From an uncultured delta proteobacterium (lineage in GTDB: Bacteria > Desulfobacterota > Zymogenia > Zymogenales > Zymogenaceae), in assembly GCA_963735595.1 (NCBI GenBank), contig CAVTLK010000004.1, forward strand, positions 224,001 through 288,000: a stretch of DNA of 64,000 nucleotides, given 5' to 3'. Below the pieces are notes generated by a model that worked only from the letters and a program-made list of their open reading frames with translations, made no database searches and was not told where the DNA came from. The position numbers were made by a program, and so were the translations under genes. Positions 29,785 to 39,738 of this stretch are shown in pieces; within the stretch, counting starts at the first letter, position 1; each line of letters opens with the position of its first letter.

Positions 29785-32769
29785 ATGGCACACCGAATTG
29801 AGGTGGGGTTGCGTGCTGATGTGCGCGACGCCCACGGTGAGAAGACGGCGCGGCGGATTCGCGAGGATCTGAAGATCGACGTGTCCGGGGTACGGGTCGT
29901 TTCGGTCTTCACGGTAGATGCCGAGCTAAATCCGGCTGAGCTTTCCACCATTGCCGAAAACCTCCTGGTTGACCCAATCATCCAGCACTATACGGTCGAT
30001 TCTCCCCTCGCGGCGGCCGAGGAGTTTGACTTTGCCGTTGAGGTCGCGTTCTTGCCCGGCGTAACCGATAACGTCGGCAGGACCGCCCGCGAGGGAGTAT
30101 CCCTTATCTTTCCATGCCGGTTATCGGCCGATCAGAAGGTCTATGCCTCGCTTCAATACCGTATCCGGGGCCCGATCGACCGGGCAGGGGCCGAGCGCAT
30201 CGCGACCGGCCTTCTGGGAAATCCCCTCATCCAGCGCTTTACGGTCCTCGACAGGAAGGGCCTTACCGCCGCCGGCGGGGTTACCCCGCACATCCCAAAG
30301 GTCACCGGCAGCCATGACCCCACGGTCGATACTATTGACCTCTCGGTTACCGACGACGAACTGGTGCGAATCAGCCGGGAGGGGGTGCTGGCGCTGTCGC
30401 TTGCCGAGATGAAGGCGATACAGGAGTACATCGGCGAGCAGGCGGGACGACCGGAGCGCGCACGAGCCGGCCTCGGAGATACAATCACCGACGTGGAGCT
30501 GGAGGTGATCGCCCAGACCTGGTCGGAGCACTGCAAGCACAAGATATTCAACGCGCTGATCGATTACGAAGACGATATCGGAAACACCGAGAAAATCGAG
30601 AGCCTCTTTGACACCTACATAAAAGGGACGACCGACGCCGTCAGGAAGGCCAAGGGCAAGGGCGACTTCTGCCTCTCGGTCTTCAAAGATAACGCGGGCG
30701 TTATATCTTTTACCGAGGACTATAACCTGGTCTTCAAGGTGGAGACCCATAACAGCCCCTCGGCGCTGGACCCCTACGGGGGGGCTCTGACGGGCATCGT
30801 CGGGGTGAACCGGGACCCGTTCGGCACGGGGTTGGGCTCCCGCCTCATCTTCAATACGGACGTCTTCTGTTTTGCCGACCCCGGCTTTACGGGCGAGCTC
30901 CCTCCCCGCCTGCTGCATCCCAAGAGGGTCTATGAGGGTGTGCGGGAGGGGGTGGAACACGGCGGGAACAAGAGCGGTATCCCGACGGTCAACGGCTCGA
31001 TCGTCTTTGACGACCGCTTTCTCGGAAAGCCGCTGGTATACTGCGGGACGGGCGGGATCATGCCCCGGACGATCAACGGCAAACCGTCCCACGAGAAGCT
31101 GTCACTGCCGGGCGACCTCATCGTCATGACCGGCGGGCGGATCGGCAAGGACGGCATCCACGGGGCGACCTTCTCCTCGGAGGAGCTGCACGAGGGGTCG
31201 CCGGCCACCGCCGTGCAGATCGGGGACCCGATCACCCAGAAGCGTATGACCGACATGCTGCTGGTCGCCCGCGACCGGGGGCTCTATAACTCGATCACCG
31301 ACAACGGGGCGGGGGGGCTGTCGTCGTCAGTCGGCGAGATGGCGCGGGACACGGGGGGGTGCGTCCTCTATCTTGATAAGGCTCCGCTCAAATACGAAGG
31401 GCTGCGCCCCTGGGAGATCCTCGTTTCCGAGGCCCAGGAGCGGATGACCCTGGCGGTGCCCCCGAAGCATATCGACGAGTTCATGGGGCTTGCCCGCCAG
31501 ATGGAGGTGGAGGCGACGGTGCTGGGGGAATTTACCGAGACCGGGCGGTTTCACGTCCAGTTCGAGGGAAAGACGGTCGCCTACCTCGACATGGAATTTC
31601 TCCACGAAAAGAATCCCCCCCTGTCTCTATCCGCCCGATGGAGACGGCCCGTACACCCCGACCCCGGTTTTGCCGTCCCGCCCGACCTGGGCCGGGAGCT
31701 GCTGGCGATGCTGTCGCGGCTGAACGTGGCCAGCAAGGAATCGGTGGTGCGCCAATATGACCATGAGGTGCAGGGGACGAGCGTCATCAAGCCGATGGTG
31801 GGCGCGGGGGGAATCGGCCCGTCTGACGCCGCCGTCATCCGGCCGATCCTCGACCGGGACGAGGGCGTGGTGATCGCCCACGGCATCTGCCCCAAATATT
31901 CGGACATCGATGCCTATCACATGGCCGCCAACGCCGTGGACGAGGCGGTCAGGAACGCCGTGGCCGTCGGCGGGGACATAGACTATCTGGCGGGACTGGA
32001 CAACTTCTGCTGGTGCGATCCCGTCGAGTCCGAAAAGAACCCTGACGGCCGGTACAAGCTTGCCCAGCTGGTCAGGGCCAACCGGGGTCTCTCGGACGTC
32101 GCGGTCGGCTACGGCGTGCCGCTGATATCGGGGAAAGACAGCATGAAAAACGACTACCAGATCGGCGACACGAAGATATCGATCCCCCCCACGATCCTCT
32201 TCTCGGTCATCGGGAGGATGGCCGACGTCAACCGGGCGGTCACCATGGACGCCAAGCGCCCGGGGGACCTCGTCTACGTCCTGGGAACCACGAAAAGCGA
32301 GCTCGGCGGCTCGGAGTATTTCGCGTCCAGGGGGAGTATCGGAAACGCCGTCCCGACGGTGGATATCGAGGGCAACCTGACGCGCTATCGGGCGCTCACC
32401 CGGGCGATCGGCCGGGGGCTTGCCGCCTCGGCGCACGACCTTTCGGACGCGGGGTTGGGGACGGCGCTTGCCGAGACGGCGCTGGCCGGCAGCCTTGGGA
32501 TGGAGATCGAGCTTACCTCCGTCGTTAGGGAAGGGGTGGATCGGGACGACTTTCTCCTCTTCTCGGAGTCCGCCGGCCGCTTCGTGGTGACGGTTAAGCC
32601 GGATGCCGCCGGGGCGTTCGAGGAGGTCATGGCGGGGACGACCTACGCCCGGGTCGGCCGGGTTACGGAACAAAGGCGCCTGGTCATCCGGGGGCTCTCG
32701 GGGGCGGTCGTTATCGACTGCTCTCTTGACGACCTCCAGGAGGCCTGGCGGCGCCCGCTCATGTTTTAG
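29785..32769 (+). CDS. purL: Phosphoribosylformylglycinamidine synthase, synthetase subunit (extended N-terminus)
   Basis: QTWSEHCKHK, KVETHNSPS, TDNGAGG, SEAQERM, GKDSM, HDLSD. Confidence 0.95.
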   Translation: MAHRIEVGLRADVRDAHGEKTARRIREDLKIDVSGVRVVSVFTVDAELNPAELSTIAENLLVDPIIQHYTVDSPLAAAEEFDFAVEVAFLPGVTDNVGRTAREGVSLIFPCRLSADQKVYASLQYRIRGPIDRAGAERIATGLLGNPLIQRFTVLDRKGLTAAGGVTPHIPKVTGSHDPTVDTIDLSVTDDELVRISREGVLALSLAEMKAIQEYIGEQAGRPERARAGLGDTITDVELEVIAQTWSEHCKHKIFNALIDYEDDIGNTEKIESLFDTYIKGTTDAVRKAKGKGDFCLSVFKDNAGVISFTEDYNLVFKVETHNSPSALDPYGGALTGIVGVNRDPFGTGLGSRLIFNTDVFCFADPGFTGELPPRLLHPKRVYEGVREGVEHGGNKSGIPTVNGSIVFDDRFLGKPLVYCGTGGIMPRTINGKPSHEKLSLPGDLIVMTGGRIGKDGIHGATFSSEELHEGSPATAVQIGDPITQKRMTDMLLVARDRGLYNSITDNGAGGLSSSVGEMARDTGGCVLYLDKAPLKYEGLRPWEILVSEAQERMTLAVPPKHIDEFMGLARQMEVEATVLGEFTETGRFHVQFEGKTVAYLDMEFLHEKNPPLSLSARWRRPVHPDPGFAVPPDLGRELLAMLSRLNVASKESVVRQYDHEVQGTSVIKPMVGAGGIGPSDAAVIRPILDRDEGVVIAHGICPKYSDIDAYHMAANAVDEAVRNAVAVGGDIDYLAGLDNFCWCDPVESEKNPDGRYKLAQLVRANRGLSDVAVGYGVPLISGKDSMKNDYQIGDTKISIPPTILFSVIGRMADVNRAVTMDAKRPGDLVYVLGTTKSELGGSEYFASRGSIGNAVPTVDIEGNLTRYRALTRAIGRGLAASAHDLSDAGLGTALAETALAGSLGMEIELTSVVREGVDRDDFLLFSESAGRFVVTVKPDAAGAFEEVMAGTTYARVGRVTEQRRLVIRGLSGAVVIDCSLDDLQEAWRRPLMF

Positions 32770-32824
32770 GTACGCGCGAAAACGGCCGGTGCTTTTTCGG
32801 CCCCGGCGTATTGATTGAGTACGT

Positions 32825-33655
32825 ATGAAAAACGCGGTACGCGCAATCACCATATCCGGAAACGGAACCAACTGCGAGATAGAGACGGCCTTTGCCTTCA
32901 GGCTGGCGGGAGCCGAGGTATCCGATATCGTCCACATCAGCCGGATAGTAACCGGCCAGGTGAACCTCGACGACTACCATATACTGGCGCTGGCGGGGGG
33001 GTTCCTGGACGGCGACGATCTCGGGGCGGCCAAGGCGATGGCAAACCGGGTAAAGTTCGCGCATATCGCGGGCACCGACCGGCGGCTGCTGGACGCGATC
33101 CTGAAATTCGTTGATGACAAAAAGCTCATCATAGGGATCTGCAACGGCTTCCAGCTGATGGTCAAGATCGGACTCCTTCCGGCCCTCGGCGGCGCGTACG
33201 GGATGCAATCGGTCACGATCACCAATAACGACTCCGGCCGATTTGAGGATCGCTGGGTGCGGCTCTCCGTCGAGACGGGCTCCCCGTCGATCTTCACCCG
33301 GGGGATAGGGCGCCTGATGTTTCCGGTTCGGCACGGCGAAGGGAAGTTCGTCGCACCGCCGGCCGTCCTTTCGGCGATGGAGGCCCAACAGCTCGTTGTC
33401 CTGAGATACGCGGATGAGGACTACGCCCCCACCATGGTCTACCCCCTCAACCCGAACGGATCGCTCTCTTCCATCGCGGGTATCTGTGACCCTACGGGCC
33501 GGCTCATGGCCCTCATGCCCCACCCGGAGGGATACCTCCTTCGGACGCAGCACCCGACCTGGACGCGGGGCGAGGTCCCCGCGGAAGGGATGGGGCTTAT
33601 GATGTTCAGAAACGCCGTGGCCTACGTACGGGAAACCCTTCTCGAGGGGCGGTGA
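32825..33655 (+). CDS. purQ: FGAM synthase glutaminase subunit
   Basis: GTNC, GGF..GD, GICNGFQ, HGEG, MPHPE. Confidence 0.95.
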   Translation: MKNAVRAITISGNGTNCEIETAFAFRLAGAEVSDIVHISRIVTGQVNLDDYHILALAGGFLDGDDLGAAKAMANRVKFAHIAGTDRRLLDAILKFVDDKKLIIGICNGFQLMVKIGLLPALGGAYGMQSVTITNNDSGRFEDRWVRLSVETGSPSIFTRGIGRLMFPVRHGEGKFVAPPAVLSAMEAQQLVVLRYADEDYAPTMVYPLNPNGSLSSIAGICDPTGRLMALMPHPEGYLLRTQHPTWTRGEVPAEGMGLMMFRNAVAYVRETLLEGR

Positions 33656-33933
33656 TGTTTCGCCCGGAGGCAACAAAGCGGCCGGGGCATCGCCGTGACC
33701 GGCCCTCCGGCGCGATAACGGACTGACTTTTTTTCGGCGCGGACGTTTAAATACTTGACAGAGTTCACTTTTTATGTTTTATTTAAACATTATGCCTTTT
33801 TTGGACTTTAGCGGGGGAATCCCCCAGTAATATACCCATCGGAGCCCACCGGGGCTCATCGGGTTTTTGGGTCTTTCGGACCGATAGGGCCCACCGATTA
33901 CGCGGTGATGGGCATGCACAAAGGAACTGAGCC

Positions 33934-34068
33934 ATGAAGAGAACTTTTCAACCGAGCAGACTGAAGCGCAAGAGGACCCACGGGTTCCTGAAACGTATGA
34001 GCACGCCCGGCGGACGAAACGTTATTCGCCGCAGAAGGGCCAAGGGAAGGAAGAGACTGTCCGCATAA
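33934..34068 (+). CDS. rpmH: 50S ribosomal protein L34
   Basis: Translated by hand (below the ORF-track cutoff): [44 protein letters not shown]. Confidence 0.97.
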   Translation: MKRTFQPSRLKRKRTHGFLKRMSTPGGRNVIRRRRAKGRKRLSA

Positions 34069-34460
34069 CCGGTACGCTCGTCGGGAGACCGAGGAGCCCT
34101 TGTCCTTTCGCCGGGTAAGCCGTCTTTCGTGATGGGAACATCCGCCGTATAGAATTGATCGGCGGGTGCCCGATTGGCGGGAATACCGGTGGTTACCCGA
34201 GTTTACCGGCTTCATACCCCCCTTCTTTTCACCTCGTCTTTTCTCCCGTTTTGCCTGCTGGATCACTTGCCGGGGGGGCTCCCGTTTCGAGAAGGGAATG
34301 CGGGGCTGATAGGGCCGGCCCTTAGCCCGGACGTGATCGACATGAGAGCCGCGGTTTACCTGACGGATCCTTGAGCCGCACGGGGACTATCCCGGGGGCC
34401 GGGCGATCCAAGGCGGCCGCAAGCCGCAGAGGCTTTTGCGGCTCGGGCGAAACACTATCG

Positions 34461-34895
34461 GTGGAAAAGAAGACCTTTACCAAGAAAGACCGCATCAGGG
34501 ACAAGCTCGACTTTGACCGGCTCAAGAAGTGCGGAACGAAATTTACCGACGGCGTTTTTCTCGCGGTTATCCTGCCAAACGATACCGGTTTTTCCAGGCT
34601 GGGGATAGCCGTACCCAAGCGGGTTGGAAGCGCGGTGGCGCGCAACAGGATGAAGCGGCTGATTAGGGAGGCCTTCCGCCTCAACCGGGACTCTCTACCC
34701 GGCTCGGTTGATCTCCTGATTATCGTGAGAAGATCGCCCGACCTTATGACCCTCGGTGAATTCAGCGCGAGAATCCTCTCTCGCGGGCCGGTATGTACCG
34801 GTCAAACGGGCGGAGGGATCGGCGCCGGACGGAGGACATACGTAAAAATGATACTGCTGCGGCTAAAAGCCGTTATCGTACTAAGTACCGCATAA
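34461..34895 (+). CDS. rnpA: Ribonuclease P protein component
   Basis: RLGIAVPKRVGSAVARNRMKRLIREAFR; GTG start inferred. Confidence 0.92.
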   Translation: MEKKTFTKKDRIRDKLDFDRLKKCGTKFTDGVFLAVILPNDTGFSRLGIAVPKRVGSAVARNRMKRLIREAFRLNRDSLPGSVDLLIIVRRSPDLMTLGEFSARILSRGPVCTGQTGGGIGAGRRTYVKMILLRLKAVIVLSTA

Positions 34896-34917
34896 TAAAC
34901 TCACAGGCAGGTGTTAC

Positions 34918-36555
34918 ATGGATAAGAAGACACTGTTGGCTATCGCCCTCTCTTTCCTGATACTGGTCGTGTGGCAGCTCTTTTTTACGAAGCCTGCCCC
35001 GAAACCGGCGGGTGAGGAAGTAATGACGCCCCAGGGGGAGATAGAAGAAGTTACCCCCACCGGGCCGGCCGCATCCCTGCCGGAGGAGATCGCCGTTGTC
35101 GAAGAACAGCCGTCCGCGCCTGCCGGGGAAACGGCCGCACCGCGGGATATCATCGTGGAGGGTCCGCTCTATACGGCAACCATCAGCACGGCGGGCGGAA
35201 GGATCGCCCATTTTACCCTGACGAAATACGCCAACACGATAGACGACGATTCACCCCCGGTCGACCTCGTCAGTGAAAATACGTCGGTGCTCTCGCCCCG
35301 GGCCGACTTCGATACGCCGATCGGCAGCTTTTCCGATGACGTCGTCTACACGTCATTATCGGAAGGCGCCGTTGTCATCAACGGGGACGAGAAGAAGGCC
35401 GTTACGCTCACCTACGTGGGAAAGCAATTCAAGGTCGAGAAGACCTATACCTTCGATCCGAAGGAATACGGCGTCGGATTCACGGTGACGGTGACAAACC
35501 TTACCGCGCAGGATTCAGCAGGCGACATGAGCGTTTCACTGTTTGACTACGTCGACGTGACCAAGAAATCGTGGAGCATCTTCGGCAGCTACGATTATCC
35601 CTCAAACTATATGGTCTTCGTCGATAAATCGCTCAAAAAAGACATCGCCAAGGACGTGAAGGCCGACAAGGCCGAGAAAATACCGGGCAACGCCACCTGG
35701 TTCGGTTTCGACACGAAGTACTTCATGATGGCCCTCATCACCGAGAAACTGTCCGGAGGAGAGGTCGAGATAAGCCGATTGAGTAATGACACCGCCGCCG
35801 GCACCGTCACCATGGAGGACGTTTCCTTTCCGGCGGGTGGGGCCGTAAAGAAAGATATGGTCATGTACCTTGGCCCAAAACAGGTCGACGTGATGGATTC
35901 GGCAGGTTATTCGCTATCATCGGCCATCGACTACGGCTTTTTCGGCTTTCTGTCCATCCCGCTGGTGTGGCTCCTGAGCTTCTTCTTCTCGGTGTTTAAA
36001 AACTACGGCATCGCGATTATCCTCTTGACCGTGGTCGTCAGAATTGTCCTGTTTCCTTTTACCTACAAATCGATGAAGTCGATGAAACAGATGCAGAAGC
36101 TGCAGCCCCTGATGGCGGAGCTTCGAGAGAAATACAAGAACGACAAAGAGAAAATGAATCAGGAGGTCATGCGCCTCTACCAGACGCAAAAGATCAATCC
36201 GCTCGGCGGGTGCCTGCCGCTGCTGTTGCAGCTGCCGGTCTTTATTGCCCTCTACAAGGCCCTCTACGTGGCCATTGAGCTCAGGCACTCACCGTTCATC
36301 TTCTGGATCAAGGATCTGTCCGAGATGGACCCCTACTACGTCACCCCTATTATCATGGGGGCGTCGTATTTTATTCAGCAGAAGCTGACCCCCTCGACCA
36401 TGGATCCCACTCAGCAGAAGATCATGCTCCTTATGCCCGTTATCTTTACCGTGATATTTCTCAATCTGCCGGCGGGATTGGTGCTCTACTTCTTTGTGAG
36501 CAACCTCCTGTCTATTGCCCAGCAGCTCTATATGAACAAGTTTGTGAAGGATTAG
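34918..36555 (+). CDS. yidC: Membrane protein insertase YidC
   Basis: YLGPK, IDYG, NYGIAIILLT, GGCLPLLLQ, WIKDLS, PAGLVLY. Confidence 0.96.
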   Translation: MDKKTLLAIALSFLILVVWQLFFTKPAPKPAGEEVMTPQGEIEEVTPTGPAASLPEEIAVVEEQPSAPAGETAAPRDIIVEGPLYTATISTAGGRIAHFTLTKYANTIDDDSPPVDLVSENTSVLSPRADFDTPIGSFSDDVVYTSLSEGAVVINGDEKKAVTLTYVGKQFKVEKTYTFDPKEYGVGFTVTVTNLTAQDSAGDMSVSLFDYVDVTKKSWSIFGSYDYPSNYMVFVDKSLKKDIAKDVKADKAEKIPGNATWFGFDTKYFMMALITEKLSGGEVEISRLSNDTAAGTVTMEDVSFPAGGAVKKDMVMYLGPKQVDVMDSAGYSLSSAIDYGFFGFLSIPLVWLLSFFFSVFKNYGIAIILLTVVVRIVLFPFTYKSMKSMKQMQKLQPLMAELREKYKNDKEKMNQEVMRLYQTQKINPLGGCLPLLLQLPVFIALYKALYVAIELRHSPFIFWIKDLSEMDPYYVTPIIMGASYFIQQKLTPSTMDPTQQKIMLLMPVIFTVIFLNLPAGLVLYFFVSNLLSIAQQLYMNKFVKD

Positions 36556-36563
36556 GTTTTTCT

Positions 36564-37208
36564 ATGGCGCACGCAACCCAACCCGAAATCATCATTGAGG
36601 GAAATGATCTGGAAGACGCCCTGGCCGCTGCTTCGGAGCGGCTCGGAATCGGCCGAAACGACCTCGAGTATAGGGTAGTCGACTCGGATGCCGGCGGTAT
36701 ATTCGGGCTATTTAAGAAGAGAAAGATAACTATCAAGGCGTGGCACAAAGACGGCGGCCGACCGTTACTGGCGCCCGATCAGTTTCTTTTGGGAATTCTT
36801 TCCCGCATGGGGATCGATGCCCGCGTTACGGTCCGGGAGACCGCCGAGGGAATCACGCTCACCATCGATGGGGACAGGGGCGAGATTATCATCGGAAAGC
36901 GTGGGCAAACGCTTGACGCGCTCCAGTATATCACTAACCGGTGCTTCCAGCGCGATCAGTCGCAGACTACCAGGGTCGTGCTTGACTGCGAGGGGTATCG
37001 CCGAAAGCGGGAACAGATCATCACGCGGATGGCCCAGAACATCGCGCGAAGGGTGAAACGGACGGGAAAACCGATTGCCGCGCAGCCGATGGATTCCAGC
37101 GAGCGGCGCCTTTTTCACCTGGCGCTCAAGTCCGACCGGGACCTGTCTACCGAGAGCCACGGGGAGGGCGATAAGCGCCGGGTGGTGGTCTACCCCGCCA
37201 AGAAGTAG
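36564..37208 (+). CDS. jag: Jag/EloR/KhpB RNA-binding protein
   Basis: Jag_N region, KH motif IGKRGQTLDALQY, R3H motif ERRLFH. Confidence 0.92.
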   Translation: MAHATQPEIIIEGNDLEDALAAASERLGIGRNDLEYRVVDSDAGGIFGLFKKRKITIKAWHKDGGRPLLAPDQFLLGILSRMGIDARVTVRETAEGITLTIDGDRGEIIIGKRGQTLDALQYITNRCFQRDQSQTTRVVLDCEGYRRKREQIITRMAQNIARRVKRTGKPIAAQPMDSSERRLFHLALKSDRDLSTESHGEGDKRRVVVYPAKK

Positions 37209-37236
37209 ACGGCTATTACCGTTCGAGTTGTGCATA

Positions 37237-37268
37237 AAGTCCCCTGTGCCATGCAGGGGCTTTTTTGT
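37237..37268 (+). terminator. Rho-independent terminator
   Basis: CCCCTG...CAGGGG stem with a T-run. Confidence 0.6.
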
Positions 37269-37297
37269 TTAGGACCATGAAACAGAAAGAGAACACA

Positions 37298-38749
37298 ATG
37301 ACCGGCGGCGAGACCATCGTCGCAATCGCAACGCCCCCGGGAGAGGGGGGGATCGGGATCGTGCGGCTTTCCGGCCCCCTGGCCCTGGAGATCGGGAAAC
37401 GGCTCTTCCGGTTTGCCCAGGGACCCGACGAGATCGAGTCCCACCGGCTCTACCCGGGTACTGTCGCAGCGCCCCTCGACCCGCCCGGGAGCAGCGGGGA
37501 GACCCCCGGCGGCGCGGCCGGCCTGGGGCGGCACCGGGCGGCCGATGGTGACGACGGTGCGATCGTCGATCGCGCCTTCTTCGCCGTAATGCGGGCACCC
37601 CGTTCCTATACCGGCGAGGATGTGGTCGAGCTTCAATGCCACGGGTCGCCGCTGATGCTGGCGTGGCTTGTGACGGCCGCGGTATCGCTGGGTGCGCGAC
37701 CCGCGCGGCCCGGCGAGTTCACCCAGCGCGGGTTCATGAACGGGAAAATCGACCTCATCCAGGCCGAGGCGGTGGCCGACCTCATTGCCGCCAAGACAAT
37801 CGGCGGCCTTTCGATATTTTCACGGCACCTTATGGGGGGGCTTTCCGGGGGCCTTTCAGAGCTACGGGCCCGCCTTATTTCTCTCCTTGCCGACATCGAG
37901 GCAGCCGTCGACTTTTCGGACCAGGAAATCGACCCGCCCGCGATGGAGGCGCTCTCCCGGGATATTGAGGTATCGCGCGATTCGGTCGACCGGCTGCTCG
38001 GGTCGTACCGGGTGGGCAGAATCTACCGGGAGGGCGCGCAGCTGGTCATCGCGGGACGCCCCAACGTGGGAAAATCAAGCCTGCTCAACCGTCTCGTCGG
38101 CCGCCCGCGGGCCATCGTCGCACCCGAGCCGGGGACAACCACCGACACGATCGAGGATATCATGGATATCGGCGGGGTTCCGGTCAGGGTCGTGGACACG
38201 TGTGGGCTTCGGGAGGCGTCGGGGGCAGTCGAACGGGAGGGGGTGGAGCGGACGCGGTTGGCCCTGGATACGGCCGACATGATACTGCTGGTCGCCGAGG
38301 CGGCAGGAGATCTCGGGCCCGAAGAACGCGACGTTATCGAAACGGCGACACGGGCCTGCCGCCCGGTGGTGCTGGTGATGAACAAGGTCGATCTCGTTGA
38401 CGGAGACATTCCCGCGCCGCCGGACACGGCGGCGCGGGCCGTTTTCACGTCGGCGCTGACGGGAACCGGCCTCGGGGATCTGAAGGATGTTATCCATTCC
38501 CTGGTTGTCGTCGGCGCGGGCCGCGGCGGCCGGGACGAGATGATCACCAGCGCGAGGCACTACGCGGCGCTCATCTCGGTCCAGAAATCCCTCCAGGAGG
38601 CGCACCGGGGGGCGGCCGGGGGCGTTTCGCCGGAATTTATCGCCCTGGATATTCGCGGCGCCCTTTCGGCCCTCGGGGAGCTGATGGGAGACGTGACCAC
38701 GGAGGAGGTCCTCGAAGCGATTTTTTCCCGTTTCTGCGTCGGGAAATAG
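37298..38749 (+). CDS. mnmE: tRNA modification GTPase MnmE
   Basis: TIVAIATPPGEGGIGIVRLSG, SYTGED, GRPNVGKSS, NKVD, FCVGK. Confidence 0.95.
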   Translation: MTGGETIVAIATPPGEGGIGIVRLSGPLALEIGKRLFRFAQGPDEIESHRLYPGTVAAPLDPPGSSGETPGGAAGLGRHRAADGDDGAIVDRAFFAVMRAPRSYTGEDVVELQCHGSPLMLAWLVTAAVSLGARPARPGEFTQRGFMNGKIDLIQAEAVADLIAAKTIGGLSIFSRHLMGGLSGGLSELRARLISLLADIEAAVDFSDQEIDPPAMEALSRDIEVSRDSVDRLLGSYRVGRIYREGAQLVIAGRPNVGKSSLLNRLVGRPRAIVAPEPGTTTDTIEDIMDIGGVPVRVVDTCGLREASGAVEREGVERTRLALDTADMILLVAEAAGDLGPEERDVIETATRACRPVVLVMNKVDLVDGDIPAPPDTAARAVFTSALTGTGLGDLKDVIHSLVVVGAGRGGRDEMITSARHYAALISVQKSLQEAHRGAAGGVSPEFIALDIRGALSALGELMGDVTTEEVLEAIFSRFCVGK

Positions 38750-38796
38750 CGTTCGACGGCCGTACCGGCATACCGGCGCCCGAGTTCACGGCAGAA

Positions 38797-38812
38797 TGTT
38801 TCACGTGGAACG
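38797..38812. promoter_or_regulatory. parS site (imperfect)
   Basis: TGTTTCACGTGGAACG. Confidence 0.8.
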
Positions 38813-38830
38813 GATGAACCGCGGCGGCCT

Positions 38831-38846
38831 TGTTTCACGTGAAACA
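38831..38846. promoter_or_regulatory. parS site (perfect consensus)
   Basis: TGTTTCACGTGAAACA, just upstream of parA. Confidence 0.95.
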
Positions 38847-38961
38847 TACGAAGAAATCTGCCGGACGGGACGCGGCTTTTTGATCATTCGTTACATTTTG
38901 TCCTTTTTTAAAAAATGCAGGTATGCTATAGTTCTCTGGGCTTTCGCGAGGGAACAGGGTA

Positions 38962-39738
38962 ATGGCGGCCAAAATCATCTGCATCGCAAACCAGAAAGGG
39001 GGAGTCGGCAAGACCACCACCGCCGTAAACCTTTCCGCGTCGCTGGCGGCGGCCGAAAAACCCACCCTCGTCATAGATGCCGACCCACAGGCCAACGCAG
39101 GCAGCGGACTGGGGGTCGATAAGAACACGATCAAGCAGAGCATCTACCAGGTCATCATTGACCAGATACCGCTATCAAAGATATTGATAAAACCCCAGAA
39201 ACAGCTCCCGTTTTTATCACTGGCGCCCGCCAACACGGATCTAATCGGCGCCGAAGTCGAGTTGATCGGGGCGCTGGCCCGGGAGACGAAGCTCAAAAAG
39301 GCGATTGAAGAGGTCATGGACCAGTTTTCCTACATTCTCATCGATTGCCCCCCGTCCCTCGGCCTCCTGACGGTCAATTCGCTGACCTGCGCCCACAGCG
39401 TGATCGTGCCGCTCCAGTGCGAGTATTTCGCGATGGAGGGGTTGGGCCAGCTCCTCTCGACCATCAGCATCATCAAGAAGAACCTCAATAAGGAACTGGC
39501 GATCGAGGGGATACTCCTGACGATGTTCGACATGCGTAACAATCTCTCCCACCAGGTTCAGGAGGAAGTGACCACGCATTTCAAGAACGAGGTCTTTTCG
39601 ACCGTCATACCGCGCAACGTGCGCCTCTCGGAGTGTTCGAGCTTCGGTCTGCCTATAATCCTCTACGACATAGACTCCAAGGGCGCGCAGAGCTATCTCG
39701 ATCTGGCCCAGGAGATCATCAAGCGGGAGCCCACATGA
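38962..39738 (+). CDS. parA: Chromosome partitioning ATPase ParA/Soj
   Basis: NQKGGVGKTT, DADPQAN, IDCPPSLG, QCEYFAMEG, IPRNVRLSE. Confidence 0.96.
   Translation: MAAKIICIANQKGGVGKTTTAVNLSASLAAAEKPTLVIDADPQANAGSGLGVDKNTIKQSIYQVIIDQIPLSKILIKPQKQLPFLSLAPANTDLIGAEVELIGALARETKLKKAIEEVMDQFSYILIDCPPSLGLLTVNSLTCAHSVIVPLQCEYFAMEGLGQLLSTISIIKKNLNKELAIEGILLTMFDMRNNLSHQVQEEVTTHFKNEVFSTVIPRNVRLSECSSFGLPIILYDIDSKGAQSYLDLAQEIIKREPT

Noticed and set aside
33660..33930. oriC upstream of rpmH
   Set aside because: The AT-rich patch fits a TTGACA promoter; no DnaA-box cluster was seen.
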